From a virus (lineage: Duplodnaviria > Caudoviricetes): a DNA stretch of 64,000 nucleotides. Made by a program: the position numbers and the translations under genes. The stretch spans positions 1 through 64,000 of IMG/VR virus record IMGVR_UViG_3300025084_003379. The stretch is one strand, 5' to 3'. Numbering within the stretch: the first letter of the stretch is position 1; each line of letters begins with the position of its first letter. Shown piece after piece: positions 7,524-17,497 of the stretch. The notes under the pieces were generated by a model that was not told the origin of the DNA, did not search any database, and worked only from the letters and a program-made list of their open reading frames with translations.

Positions 7524-7538
7524 AATAAACAACTTATT

Positions 7539-7724
7539 ATGTCAGAATTTTTAAGAACCAGTACGGGTCGTAAATTATTAGAAAAGGATATACCGAAATT
7601 AGCATCTGTATTAGAAAGAATTGCAGATCAAATGGAAATTAAGAACAGGCTCGAAGAAAAGAAGTTTAGGTTAGATGAAAAAATCAAAAAACTTCAAATT
7701 AAAGATATTAATGAAAAAGGATAA
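7539..7724 (+). CDS. Hypothetical coiled-coil protein
   Basis: 61-aa ORF directly after the promoter. Confidence 0.65.
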   Translation: MSEFLRTSTGRKLLEKDIPKLASVLERIADQMEIKNRLEEKKFRLDEKIKKLQIKDINEKG

Positions 7725-7980
7725 AGATATTACTTATAAACAATTCATAGCTCACATGGATAAAGGTAATAAAGTCTATATGAAAAAACCTAGATCATGG
7801 CAAAAGGTATGGTTTTGGTGGGAAAGTAAAAAAGAGAAATGGTTTTTAAATAAAGCTTTTGATAAAAGAGAAGATGGTATTGTAAAGCCAGAACCTTCAG
7901 TGTGGATAACTGCAAAACAAATGGAAAGCCACATGGATCACATGGTTAGGATGGGGTATAAATATTATATAGATGAATAA
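7711..7980 (+). CDS. Hypothetical Trp/Lys-rich protein
   Basis: ORF 7675..7980 of the track; ATG 7711 is the more likely start because it gives a short overlap with the upstream gene. Confidence 0.65.
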   Translation: MKKDKDITYKQFIAHMDKGNKVYMKKPRSWQKVWFWWESKKEKWFLNKAFDKREDGIVKPEPSVWITAKQMESHMDHMVRMGYKYYIDE

Positions 7981-8317
7981 GTTAATTTTAGCATTTTTGT
8001 TGTTCTTTACTGGTCAGGCAGCAATATGGTTTCAAACTAATGGTCAATTTGTATGGCCTTGGTTTAAAAAGAATCCATTAACAGTTTCAGTTTTATTTGG
8101 AACTGCAATTAGTTACATATTAATTTATGGTACCAGGTTTATGGTAGAATACTATGATGGTTTATTATGGCCAGGTAGATTTATCGCCTTTGGGTCTGGG
8201 ATTATTTCATTTACATTTTTAACTTGGTACTTTCTTGGTGAAGGGATTACCACAAAAACAATAGTGTCACTGTGTTTAGCATGTAGCTTAATAGGAATAC
8301 AGTTATTTTGGAAATGA
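7973..8317 (+). CDS. Small 4-TM membrane protein, DMT/SMR-like
   Basis: Four hydrophobic helices; C-terminal EGITTKTIVSLCLACSLIGIQ resembles DMT-family ends. Confidence 0.6.
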   Translation: MNKLILAFLLFFTGQAAIWFQTNGQFVWPWFKKNPLTVSVLFGTAISYILIYGTRFMVEYYDGLLWPGRFIAFGSGIISFTFLTWYFLGEGITTKTIVSLCLACSLIGIQLFWK

Positions 8318-9132
8318 AAGACCCTTACAAAATATTAGGTGTTGATAAAACATCCACTGCTAATGATATTAAAAAAGCTTATAGAAAATTAGCCAAAGAA
8401 TATCACCCTGATAAGTCTAAAGGTAATGAAGAAAAGTTTAAAGAAATTGCAGATGCATATGAAACTTTAAGTAATTCTACAAAGAGATCACAATATGATC
8501 AAGCTGCAAATAACCCATTCGGTAAATTTGAAGAAGGTTTCTTTGAAGACTTTATAAAAACAGGAAATGATCCAGGTTTTACTAATATGTTTAACCAAAG
8601 ATATGGATTTAATACTAGAGGTGGTAATATTACTGCACAAGTTTACATTACTTTAGAAGAAGCTTATTTTGGATGTAGTAGGGAAATAAGAGTAGGTACA
8701 AGAGTTGTAAGTGTTGATATTAAAAGCGGTGTAAAGCCAGGGCAGAGAATGAGATTAAAAGGATTAGGTCAAAGAGGCATGACCGAAAACCAAAGCGGTG
8801 ATCTTATTTTAACTGTATTAGTACAAGATGATCCTAATTTTTATTTGGACCAAAAAGGTTTGCATACAATTAAGCATATAAGTTTATATGATGCTTTACT
8901 TGGAGGTAAGGGAGAAGTAAAAGTATTTGATAAAACAATAAGTTATAATATTCCTAAGTGTGTTAAGAACGGTACTATGCTTAGAATAAAAGGTAAAGGA
9001 TTTCCTGCTTATAATAATCCTAATATCTTAGGTGACTTTTTCGTAAATATACTAGTAGATTTACCTAAACAATTATCTGAGGAACAAGAAGCATTGGTTA
9101 AAAAAATGAAAGATATACAAGATGGATATTAA
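8314..9132 (+). CDS. dnaJ: DnaJ-family co-chaperone (type II / CbpA-like, no Zn finger)
   Basis: DPYKILGV...IKKAYRKLAKEYHPDK J-domain, F-rich linker and C-terminal domains (GQRMRLKGLG, GDLILTV, GTMLRIKGKG). Confidence 0.93.
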   Translation: MKDPYKILGVDKTSTANDIKKAYRKLAKEYHPDKSKGNEEKFKEIADAYETLSNSTKRSQYDQAANNPFGKFEEGFFEDFIKTGNDPGFTNMFNQRYGFNTRGGNITAQVYITLEEAYFGCSREIRVGTRVVSVDIKSGVKPGQRMRLKGLGQRGMTENQSGDLILTVLVQDDPNFYLDQKGLHTIKHISLYDALLGGKGEVKVFDKTISYNIPKCVKNGTMLRIKGKGFPAYNNPNILGDFFVNILVDLPKQLSEEQEALVKKMKDIQDGY

Positions 9133-9373
9133 TGACGAAGAATTTATGAAGTCATTATTGGATCAGTTAGAAAATCAGAGCTGGGATCAATATATGAATT
9201 TATGTTATAATACAATTATAATGTTTCCAGACCAGGTTTTACAATATGATGAAAAAACTGCAAAGCATAGAGTTAAAAGTTTAGACAAAATCTTACTACA
9301 TTTTGAAGAAAGGGAGGATTTTGAAAAATGCGCAAAGCTTAAAGAGATACAGGACAAATTGAAAAATTGTTAA
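9122..9373 (+). CDS. UvrB/UvrC (UVR) motif protein
   Basis: C-terminal HFEEREDFEKCAKLKEIQDKL. Confidence 0.6.
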   Translation: MDINDEEFMKSLLDQLENQSWDQYMNLCYNTIIMFPDQVLQYDEKTAKHRVKSLDKILLHFEEREDFEKCAKLKEIQDKLKNC

Positions 9374-9456
9374 TAACTTTTTGAAAATAACTGCTTCAAA
9401 ATTTTCAATTCCCAATTATTTTTATTATATTTATAATATAATTAAATAAACGGAAT

Positions 9457-10779
9457 ATGACTGAATACACAAACCTTACTTATCTACAATCCTTCTTGGA
9501 TGAAATGCGATCTTCCTCTTCAGGTAATCATAAAATTGCAACTCTTAAAAAGTATGCTGATAACTCTGATGAAAATTCTGATAGAGAATTCTTACAGAAA
9601 GTTTTCTTCTATACCTACAATCCTTATTTTAAGTATAATGTAACTCCTAAGAATTGTAAAAAGAATTCAGATTTACTAGGTCACCCAAATACATACGGTA
9701 GTATCTTTACCTTATTGGATGATTTAAGAAATAGGGTATGCACTGGTCATACTGCAATTGCAAATGTAAATAGATTCGTCCTAGAGAATAAACAATGGGA
9801 AGATATTATTTACTATATGCTAAACCGAGACCTTAATATGGGATGTGGTACTACCTCTATCAATAAGGCAGTCCACCCAGATTTAATTCCAACATTTAAA
9901 GTCGCTTTAGCAAATGCATATAATCCTAAGAGAGTAGATTTTCAAAGTGGAGAATGGTACGGATCCAGAAAATTGGATGGTGTAAGATGTATCTGTAGAA
10001 AAGAAATGAATACTGTAACATTCTTTTCAAGGAACGGTAAAGAATTTACTACCTTAGGTAATTTAGAAAATGAAATTTCTAAAATAGGTGGAGACTTTAT
10101 TTTAGATGGAGAAATCTGTATGGTAGATAAAGATGGTAATGAAGACTTCCAAGGAATTATGAAACAAATTAGAAAGAAGGATCATCAAATTGAAAATCCT
10201 AAATTCTTTGTATTTGATTTTTTAACCTTAGATGAATTTGATGATAAGGTTGGAACTACTCCTCTTACTGAAAGACTTAAGAATGGTTATGATATTTTAC
10301 CGGAAGAAATTAAATCTTCTATGTTAGAATTCTTACCACAAGAACAATTAACTACCGAAGAACAATTTACTGAAATGGCAAAAGAAGCCGAAGAGGCTGG
10401 GTTTGAAGGAATCATGGTTAGAAAGAATATTGGCTATGAAGGTAAAAGAAGTCATAATCTTTTAAAAGTTAAAAAATTCCATGATGCTGAATATACAATT
10501 TTAGAATGTATAAACGGTACAATGCGATGGACAGAAAATGGAAAACAAGTTGAGAAAGAAGGTTTAAGTAATATTATAATTGAACATAAAGGTAATAAAG
10601 TAAGTGTTGGATCTGGATTCTCTAAAGAACAAAGAGAACATTACCTTAATAATCATAATGAACTAATTGGTAAAACTGTAACTGTTCAATATTTTGAAGA
10701 AAGTCAAAATCAGAATGGTGGATATTCATTAAGATTCCCGGTAGTAAAACATATATATGAAAATGGAAGAAATTGTTAA
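9457..10779 (+). CDS. lig: ATP-dependent DNA ligase
   Basis: SRKLDGVR (motif I), LDGE, FFVFD, EGIMVR, LLKVK and OB-fold end SLRFP. Confidence 0.95.
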   Translation: MTEYTNLTYLQSFLDEMRSSSSGNHKIATLKKYADNSDENSDREFLQKVFFYTYNPYFKYNVTPKNCKKNSDLLGHPNTYGSIFTLLDDLRNRVCTGHTAIANVNRFVLENKQWEDIIYYMLNRDLNMGCGTTSINKAVHPDLIPTFKVALANAYNPKRVDFQSGEWYGSRKLDGVRCICRKEMNTVTFFSRNGKEFTTLGNLENEISKIGGDFILDGEICMVDKDGNEDFQGIMKQIRKKDHQIENPKFFVFDFLTLDEFDDKVGTTPLTERLKNGYDILPEEIKSSMLEFLPQEQLTTEEQFTEMAKEAEEAGFEGIMVRKNIGYEGKRSHNLLKVKKFHDAEYTILECINGTMRWTENGKQVEKEGLSNIIIEHKGNKVSVGSGFSKEQREHYLNNHNELIGKTVTVQYFEESQNQNGGYSLRFPVVKHIYENGRNC

Positions 10780-10838
10780 TGTATCCATTTCATATCTCAC
10801 CTGTGGTGATGCAACAGAAAGTAACCAATATATATTGT

Positions 10839-11429
10839 ATGGAATTATTTGAGAAGTATAGAAAGTGGGGGAAAGATATAACTGTCTTTGATGTTGATGA
10901 TACTTTGATTGTAACCAAAAGTAAGATTAGAGTTTTTAATCCAAAAACAGGATATGAAATAGATCTTACGCCACAAGAATTTAATACATTTAAAACCAAG
11001 CCGCATGATAAGTTTGATTTTAATGACTTTAGGGATTTAGAAATTCTTAAGGCTGGTAAAATAATTGATTGGGTTTTTAACATTCTTAAAAGAACAATTT
11101 CAAAAGGTACTGCTGTAGGTATTATTACTGCGAGAGACGATTCAAAACTTATCTATGATTTTTTAATGCATAACGGTGTTGATGTTAATCCTGATTTTAT
11201 CTTTGCAATTAATGATCCTTCGTTAGGGTTTACTGGTTCTACTGCACAGAAGAAAAAAGATGCCTTTATGAAATTTGTGCAAATGGGATTTAGGAATTTT
11301 AAATTCTTTGATGATGATAAAGAAAATATAAAAATTGCAAACAGTCTTAATAAAGATTTACCTGAGGTAAAAATGAAGGCGACTTTAATAAAACAAAAAT
11401 GGATTCCAAACTTCAGCGACTTCAAATAA
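10839..11429 (+). CDS. HAD-superfamily phosphatase
   Basis: VFDVDDTL, ITAR and FFDDD motifs; start reassigned to ATG 10839, after the AATATATA motif. Confidence 0.8.
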   Translation: MELFEKYRKWGKDITVFDVDDTLIVTKSKIRVFNPKTGYEIDLTPQEFNTFKTKPHDKFDFNDFRDLEILKAGKIIDWVFNILKRTISKGTAVGIITARDDSKLIYDFLMHNGVDVNPDFIFAINDPSLGFTGSTAQKKKDAFMKFVQMGFRNFKFFDDDKENIKIANSLNKDLPEVKMKATLIKQKWIPNFSDFK

Positions 11430-11872
11430 AGCTAAAAGCATTTACTAATATTTTGTTAAGTATTAGAGATCTTTCGAATTCTTCTACTACTAAGGTTGGT
11501 TGCATGGCCTTAAAAAAAGACTTTAGTAAAATAGCAAGCTTTGGGTATAATGGATCTTATAGTGGGGCTGGTACAAATAAAAATACTGGAACAGAAGAAG
11601 ATTCTTTAACACCTGGTGAAAGTGGATTTATTCATGCTGAGGTAAATATGATTGCCAAGTTTCAAGAATATGATCCACAAAATTACATAATACTCTTAAC
11701 ACTCTCCCCTTGTAAAATGTGCACTAAAATTTTAGTTAATGCTGGATTTAAGCATGTTTATTGGATACAAGACTACAGAGACATGTCTCATCTTAAAATA
11801 TTTAGTGAATGTAATGTGACCTATGGTAAAATTTCTAACCTAGTAAATGACTACCACTCTATAAAGGACTGA
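11399..11872 (+). CDS. dCMP deaminase family protein
   Basis: GYNG, HAEVN and PCKMC Zn-deaminase motifs. Confidence 0.9.
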   Translation: MDSKLQRLQIKLKAFTNILLSIRDLSNSSTTKVGCMALKKDFSKIASFGYNGSYSGAGTNKNTGTEEDSLTPGESGFIHAEVNMIAKFQEYDPQNYIILLTLSPCKMCTKILVNAGFKHVYWIQDYRDMSHLKIFSECNVTYGKISNLVNDYHSIKD

Positions 11873-11886
11873 ATATATACAAAAAA
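11871..11886 (+). promoter_or_regulatory. Class B (late-like) promoter
   Basis: GAATATATACAAAAAA. Confidence 0.55.
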
Positions 11887-11898
11887 TAGTACATACTT

Positions 11899-12480
11899 TT
11901 GGTCGTTGAAGCATTAACATTTAAACTATCTCTTGATTTTTTTGTCTACTTAAAAAAGTACAAAATAGATGTGTCTAAAATCCGTGTAGGATTTTATGAC
12001 CAAGTAAATCAAAAAACTGAATTTACGGATTTTAACAGTATTGAAGAAATGGAATTATTCTATCAGAATAATTATGTCCCATTTGATCCTTGTTTTATAG
12101 GTGATATTGTTTCTATACAATTATTCCTAGGAGCAAGTGAACTATATGAATTTACAACTGAATATAGAGCATCCGATTTAACAGGTAATTTTACATTGAC
12201 TACCGGGTCTTCTTTTGATATTCAAAGAAATTCACAACGTTCAGTTCTCGTAGATAGACAAGTTTCATTTATTAACAAAGCAGTGAAAGAGTATAGAAAA
12301 TATTGGGATGAAATTTATAGAATATATACATTAGGTATTTACTCACCGTGTTATGCAGTGCCTGGTTGGTCACAAGGGACATGGTATTTAAATCAATTAA
12401 GAGAGGTGTTTACATCAAGAAAAGATACTGATGAATTTCCTTATGATGATGCTACTATTATTAATGAACCACCTGAATAA
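11899..12480 (+). CDS. Hypothetical protein, probably late
   Basis: 193-aa ORF with TTG start; no motif recognised. Confidence 0.65.
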   Translation: MVVEALTFKLSLDFFVYLKKYKIDVSKIRVGFYDQVNQKTEFTDFNSIEEMELFYQNNYVPFDPCFIGDIVSIQLFLGASELYEFTTEYRASDLTGNFTLTTGSSFDIQRNSQRSVLVDRQVSFINKAVKEYRKYWDEIYRIYTLGIYSPCYAVPGWSQGTWYLNQLREVFTSRKDTDEFPYDDATIINEPPE

Positions 12481-12488
12481 ATAAAAAA
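12475..12488 (+). promoter_or_regulatory. Class B (late-like) promoter
   Basis: GAATAAATAAAAAA, 13 nt before the fibre ATG. Confidence 0.55.
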
Positions 12489-12500
12489 AGATAAGATTAA

Positions 12501-15500
12501 ATGGCATTCAATCTAAAAGAATACATCATCTACAGAACTGAGGTTCAAAGAGAACTTTTTAACGGAGAGGTAGATGAAAACTTCAAGGCAGTAGCAAACC
12601 CATGGGTAGATAACAGGTCTTACGATACCGGGCATGTAGTATATCACCCAGTTGAAGTTGTTAGTGCTACTGGGACTCCGGAAGAAACCTTAACTTGGTG
12701 GAGAGCTAATAAAAGAACAACACAAGGCTCGTTTGATACTAATGAATGGGATATCATCGGAGGTATAGGTACTGGTGATATAACAGTAAGTGGATCAAAT
12801 GGGTATGGTAAAGTATTAGTTAATTATACTGGCCCAACACCAGCCCTCGCAGCAGGTCTCGATTTTACATTAGCGTCTACAACTGATAATGATACTCTTA
12901 GATTAATAGCAGGCCCAGGTATTAGTTTTCAATATGACAATACAGTTAAGGCAATTAAGATAATAAATAATGGTAATGCAGGCGAGGTAAATCAAGGTTT
13001 AAATATAGGAATAGGTGGCCAAGATTTATTTGCTGGGATGAGCGGCCAAGATTTAACATTCAGAGGGCTTAACGTAACTAATGTTACCGGTACTGGTGAA
13101 GTGTTAGAAATCCAATTGGATGCTGCAAACAATAACGTAGTTTATAATTTTGATGAAGGTGCTCTTGAATTACAGAATTTAAATAGTGGGCAGCCTCTTA
13201 TTGATTATTTGGATGATGTTGCAATAACTAATGTACAGAATGCTGATCTTTTACAATGGGATGGTAATAATTGGATAAACATTGCACCTAGTTCTGCTGG
13301 TCTAACTGGAGCACAAGGTACACAAGGTACGCAAGGTATTCAAGGTATTCAAGGTTTACAAGGTATTCAAGGTTTACAAGGCGTTCAAGGTATTACAGGA
13401 ACACAAGGTGTTCAAGGTATTCAAGGTATCCAAGGTATTACAGGCGCAGGTACACAAGGTATTCAAGGTATTCAAGGTATTCAAGGTATTACAGGTGCAG
13501 GAACTCAAGGTATTCAAGGTATCCAAGGTATTACAGGTGCAGGAACTCAAGGTATTACAGGTATTCAAGGTACACAAGGTATTCAAGGTGTAACAGGAGC
13601 CGATGGTACTTTTGGTGGTGCTACTTTTGATTATCAATTTAATACAACATTAGTAGTTGACGATCCTGGATTTAGTTATGCTTCTTTAAATACAGCAAAC
13701 CAAAGCCTAGCTACCATTATGTCTATAAATGATAATGGTGTTACTGGAACTGACATATCTACATTCTTAAACACAATAAAATCAAGTACTTCTATACCTA
13801 AAGGGCATGTTAGGATATCATCAAAGGCTGATTCAAATGAATTTATACTTTGGCAAATAACTGAAGTATATGACAGACCTTCTGCTCCAGGTACATGGTG
13901 GGAATTAGAAATAGTACCTGTTGCATTTACTGAAACTGCACCATTTACTATGGATGAAGACATATTAATATCATTTGTTGTAACAGGAGATAAAGGTGCG
14001 CAAGGAACTCAAGGAACACAAGGTATAATAGGTTCACAAGGTATAACAGGTTCCCAAGGTACTCAAGGTATTACTGGTGCAGGTACTCAAGGTATTCAAG
14101 GTATCCAAGGTATTACAGGAACTGGCGCGCAAGGCGCACAAGGTACATTTGGTACACAAGGTATTCAAGGTATAACAGGAGGTATTGGTTATTTAGGTAA
14201 TTGGTATTTAAGAAATACAACAACCGGTGTAGCTGATCCAACATCTGGTGAATTTATTGGAAATAGTACTACAAATTTTAGTAATGTTACTTTCTTTGAA
14301 TTAAATACAACAGACTGGGGTACGACAGGTTCTAATGGTATAAATAGAGGAGGATACTTGGAGTATGTTTGTCCTGGATCAATTATGCATATTGAAGATC
14401 CGGCAACCGGTGATGAATGGCAATGGGAAGTAGATGCTAATGCCCTCTCTTCTTCTACAACATTTAGAGAATTAACTGTTACTTTTCTTGCTGGCCCAAG
14501 TGGTATTGGAACACTGGATCATGTATATGAAGTTAGATTTGATACCGCTGGATGTACAGGTGCACAAGGTATAACTGGTTTACAAGGTATACAAGGTATA
14601 GCAGGTAGCGTTTCGGCTCAAGGAACACAAGGTACACAAGGTATTACTGGAACTGGAACTCAGGGTATAACTGGTTTACAAGGTATACAAGGTATAGCAG
14701 GTAGCGTTTCGGCTCAAGGAACACAAGGAACCCAAGGTATAACTGGAACTGGAACTCAGGGTATTCAAGGTATAATTGGTTTACAAGGTATACAAGGTAT
14801 AGCAGGTAGTGTTTCGGCTCAAGGAACACAAGGAACTCAAGGTATAACTGGAACTGGAACTCAAGGTATTCAAGGTATCACTGGTTTGCAAGGAACTCAA
14901 GGTACACAAGGTATTGAAGGTACAGGTACACAAGGCATTCAAGGTATCACTGGTATTCAAGGAACACAAGGAACACAAGGTATAACTGGTACCGGTATAC
15001 AAGGTATAACTGGAACTCAAGGTATAACTGGTTTACAAGGTATACAAGGTATAGCAGGTAGTGTTTCAGCACAAGGAACGCAAGGAACCCAAGGTATAAC
15101 TGGAACTGGAACTCAAGGTATTCAAGGTATCACTGGTATTCAAGGAACACAAGGAACACAAGGTATAACTGGTACCGGTATACAAGGTATAACTGGTTTA
15201 CAAGGTATCACTGGTTTACAAGGAACTCAAGGTACACAAGGTATTGAAGGTACAGGAACTCAAGGTATTCAAGGTATAACCGGTTTACAAGGAACACAAG
15301 GAACCCAAGGTATAACTGGAACTGGAATTCAAGGTATTCAAGGTATCACTGGTTTACAAGGAACACAAGGTATAACTGGTTTACAAGGTATTCAAGGTTT
15401 ACAAGGAACTCAAGGTATTGAAGGCACAGGAACTCAAGGTACTCAAGGTATTCAAGGTATCACTGGTTTACAAGGAACTCAAGGTTTACAAGGTATTGAA

Positions 15501-17438
15501 GGTACTGGAACTCAAGGTATTCAAGGTATCACTGGTTTACAAGGAACACAAGGTATAACTGGTGATCAAGGAACACAAGGAACAACCGGCGCAGAAGGTG
15601 GGTGTTTTACTCCTACTGCGTTTTTTAATAATGGATTTTCATCTACTGTACAACAATATGTACAAGTTGATAACTCAACACCAACGCAGGTATTCATCGG
15701 TAATACTTCAGGTTGTCAGTTTATTGGAGATAATGCATTAAATGAAAACGCTACGATTACTATACAAGATCCAGCTACACCAGCTAATAAGATGATACTT
15801 AGGGTTGACAGTAAAATTCCTGCGGCCCTTCAACCTTCTAATGGTATAATTTATAATATTACTATAATTAGTGGTGCTTTTCTTTTAGCTAATAATCCTA
15901 GCCCTGTTTATACTGTATGTACATACCAGGCAGGTCCACTAATAGTTGGACCAGGTTGTGAACTAATAAATAGAGAGGTATTTACAATAGGTGGTACCGC
16001 TCCTGGGACATTCGCTGTTAATAATGCAACTGCTAATTTAGTAACACAGGTGTTTATTAGTCCAACTTCTAGTAATAATCAAGCGGCAGTAGTAGGCTCA
16101 ATACTTTCATTTTCCCAAAGTTCTGATGGTACTTATTCTAATCCTGATAATTATGAAGTAACTCTAGTGACAACACCGACAGGAAATTTAGTTTATACTG
16201 TTGTATGGGTTAGTGGACCTAATCAAACTTTTAGTGGAGATGATGAAGTAGTTTATTGTGTTAGTCAGCCAGGTACTGCAGGAACACAAGGTATTCAAGG
16301 TATTCAAGGTACCCAAGGTATTCAAGGTATTCAAGGTGTAGGTGTAAATGGTGTAGATGGTGCAAATGCTTTAAGATGGATTTGTAATTCAACTTCCGGT
16401 GCAGGTGCACCTGCAAATAATGATTTTAATATTTCTAATAATGACCCATCATTAGCATCACTTGTAAATATTTCAAAAACTGATGCTAATGCCTCTGTCG
16501 TTGATGGTTGGTTAGCAGGAATCTCTTCAGGTGATCAAATAGCTTTATATAAAGTAGATGATCCGTCACAATTCGGTATCTATTTAGTAAATGGTAATCC
16601 AACCTCCGGTACCAATTCCCTCTTAATCGCTCTTCAATATATTGCTGGTGACGGGCAATTTGCTGCAGGTGATACATATTCAATATCTTATAACATAACA
16701 GGAGTACAAGGTACTACTGGTACACAAGGTACACAAGGTATAACAGGAGGCAGCGGAACTTCAATTGCTCCTCAATTTGAAAGTTCTATAGTAGTAAGTG
16801 ATGGTCTTCCTAATTACAATACTGCTGGATGGCAGGTAGGTGATGCGGCGGCTTCTAGTGGCGGATTGGCACTCCTAGGTGGTTGGTCTGATTCGATTTG
16901 GGCTAGGACGGTACAAGGAGGTTCTTACCCAGGCGGTATAGTAATTGGTGAAATAACATCTGTGGGAGCTCATGGGCCTACCAGGGCTGATCAAGCAAGA
17001 CCTACAACCATGACCTGTGGTGTAGTACCAAATGAATCGGTTGTAGCTGGTAGTAAACAATACAATGTGTACTTCACTGTTTTTACAAATAATACAGGTG
17101 TTTCAAATACTGGTGATTTTCATGTGAAAATGTGGACGTGGGAATGTGGTGATATAATTCCTCCATCAACCGGCGGAACCGGCGATGACATGATGGCCTT
17201 AACTGGCTTAGGGCCTGATGATGGTATAACATTCTCTAATGCTCAATTTACCGTCTTTGACGACCAAGATGTAAATGCTGGAAAATTCTTATGTGGCACA
17301 GCAAGCTTTAATATTAGTGTACCCGTTAATCCATCAACTACAAGGATTTTCTTGGGGTTTGCAGCTAGTAAAGGTGGAACTTTGGAGCTAGATGAAGTCA
17401 ATATTACATATAAGGTATTTATCAGTGATCCATCATAA
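12501..17438 (+). CDS. Collagen-like long fibre protein (Gly-X-Gln blocks alternating with globular domains)
   Basis: Five G-X-Y blocks (GTQ/GIQ/GLQ/GIT) separated by related Asn/Thr-rich globular domains. Confidence 0.85.
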   Translation: MAFNLKEYIIYRTEVQRELFNGEVDENFKAVANPWVDNRSYDTGHVVYHPVEVVSATGTPEETLTWWRANKRTTQGSFDTNEWDIIGGIGTGDITVSGSNGYGKVLVNYTGPTPALAAGLDFTLASTTDNDTLRLIAGPGISFQYDNTVKAIKIINNGNAGEVNQGLNIGIGGQDLFAGMSGQDLTFRGLNVTNVTGTGEVLEIQLDAANNNVVYNFDEGALELQNLNSGQPLIDYLDDVAITNVQNADLLQWDGNNWINIAPSSAGLTGAQGTQGTQGIQGIQGLQGIQGLQGVQGITGTQGVQGIQGIQGITGAGTQGIQGIQGIQGITGAGTQGIQGIQGITGAGTQGITGIQGTQGIQGVTGADGTFGGATFDYQFNTTLVVDDPGFSYASLNTANQSLATIMSINDNGVTGTDISTFLNTIKSSTSIPKGHVRISSKADSNEFILWQITEVYDRPSAPGTWWELEIVPVAFTETAPFTMDEDILISFVVTGDKGAQGTQGTQGIIGSQGITGSQGTQGITGAGTQGIQGIQGITGTGAQGAQGTFGTQGIQGITGGIGYLGNWYLRNTTTGVADPTSGEFIGNSTTNFSNVTFFELNTTDWGTTGSNGINRGGYLEYVCPGSIMHIEDPATGDEWQWEVDANALSSSTTFRELTVTFLAGPSGIGTLDHVYEVRFDTAGCTGAQGITGLQGIQGIAGSVSAQGTQGTQGITGTGTQGITGLQGIQGIAGSVSAQGTQGTQGITGTGTQGIQGIIGLQGIQGIAGSVSAQGTQGTQGITGTGTQGIQGITGLQGTQGTQGIEGTGTQGIQGITGIQGTQGTQGITGTGIQGITGTQGITGLQGIQGIAGSVSAQGTQGTQGITGTGTQGIQGITGIQGTQGTQGITGTGIQGITGLQGITGLQGTQGTQGIEGTGTQGIQGITGLQGTQGTQGITGTGIQGIQGITGLQGTQGITGLQGIQGLQGTQGIEGTGTQGTQGIQGITGLQGTQGLQGIEGTGTQGIQGITGLQGTQGITGDQGTQGTTGAEGGCFTPTAFFNNGFSSTVQQYVQVDNSTPTQVFIGNTSGCQFIGDNALNENATITIQDPATPANKMILRVDSKIPAALQPSNGIIYNITIISGAFLLANNPSPVYTVCTYQAGPLIVGPGCELINREVFTIGGTAPGTFAVNNATANLVTQVFISPTSSNNQAAVVGSILSFSQSSDGTYSNPDNYEVTLVTTPTGNLVYTVVWVSGPNQTFSGDDEVVYCVSQPGTAGTQGIQGIQGTQGIQGIQGVGVNGVDGANALRWICNSTSGAGAPANNDFNISNNDPSLASLVNISKTDANASVVDGWLAGISSGDQIALYKVDDPSQFGIYLVNGNPTSGTNSLLIALQYIAGDGQFAAGDTYSISYNITGVQGTTGTQGTQGITGGSGTSIAPQFESSIVVSDGLPNYNTAGWQVGDAAASSGGLALLGGWSDSIWARTVQGGSYPGGIVIGEITSVGAHGPTRADQARPTTMTCGVVPNESVVAGSKQYNVYFTVFTNNTGVSNTGDFHVKMWTWECGDIIPPSTGGTGDDMMALTGLGPDDGITFSNAQFTVFDDQDVNAGKFLCGTASFNISVPVNPSTTRIFLGFAASKGGTLELDEVNITYKVFISDPS
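13299..13607 (+). repeat. Collagen-coding 9-nt period repeat, block 1
   Basis: (CAAGGTATT/CAAGGTACA)n. Confidence 0.9.
13986..14183 (+). repeat. Collagen-coding repeat, block 2
   Basis: GDKGAQGTQ...GITGG. Confidence 0.85.
14550..15602 (+). repeat. Collagen-coding repeat, block 3, with higher-order duplications
   Basis: The unit GLQGIQGIAGSVSAQGTQGTQGITGTGTQ occurs four times with near-identical DNA. Confidence 0.9.
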
Positions 17439-17448
17439 TATTTAAATT

Positions 17449-17477
17449 TAAAACAATTTTATTTTTTTATGTATAAT
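17449..17477 (+). promoter_or_regulatory. Class A promoter
   Basis: TAAAAC 17449-17454, N17, TATAAT 17472-17477. Confidence 0.65.
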
Positions 17478-17497
17478 AACTATAAAGGGATAATAGT

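Noticed and set aside
10773-10838. N-terminal extension of the HAD ORF from TTG 10773
   Set aside because: It overlaps the ligase stop and lies upstream of the promoter-like motif; ATG 10839 fits better.
13374-15020. Alternative-frame and antisense ORFs over the collagen repeats (TLNTL..., FKVFKV..., YLVYL...)
   Set aside because: Shadow ORFs produced by the stop-poor repeat.
13299-15602. Regular short repeats that could be read as a CRISPR array or minisatellite
   Set aside because: They are in-frame 9-nt codon repeats for Gly-X-Gln, with no unique spacers and no cas genes.
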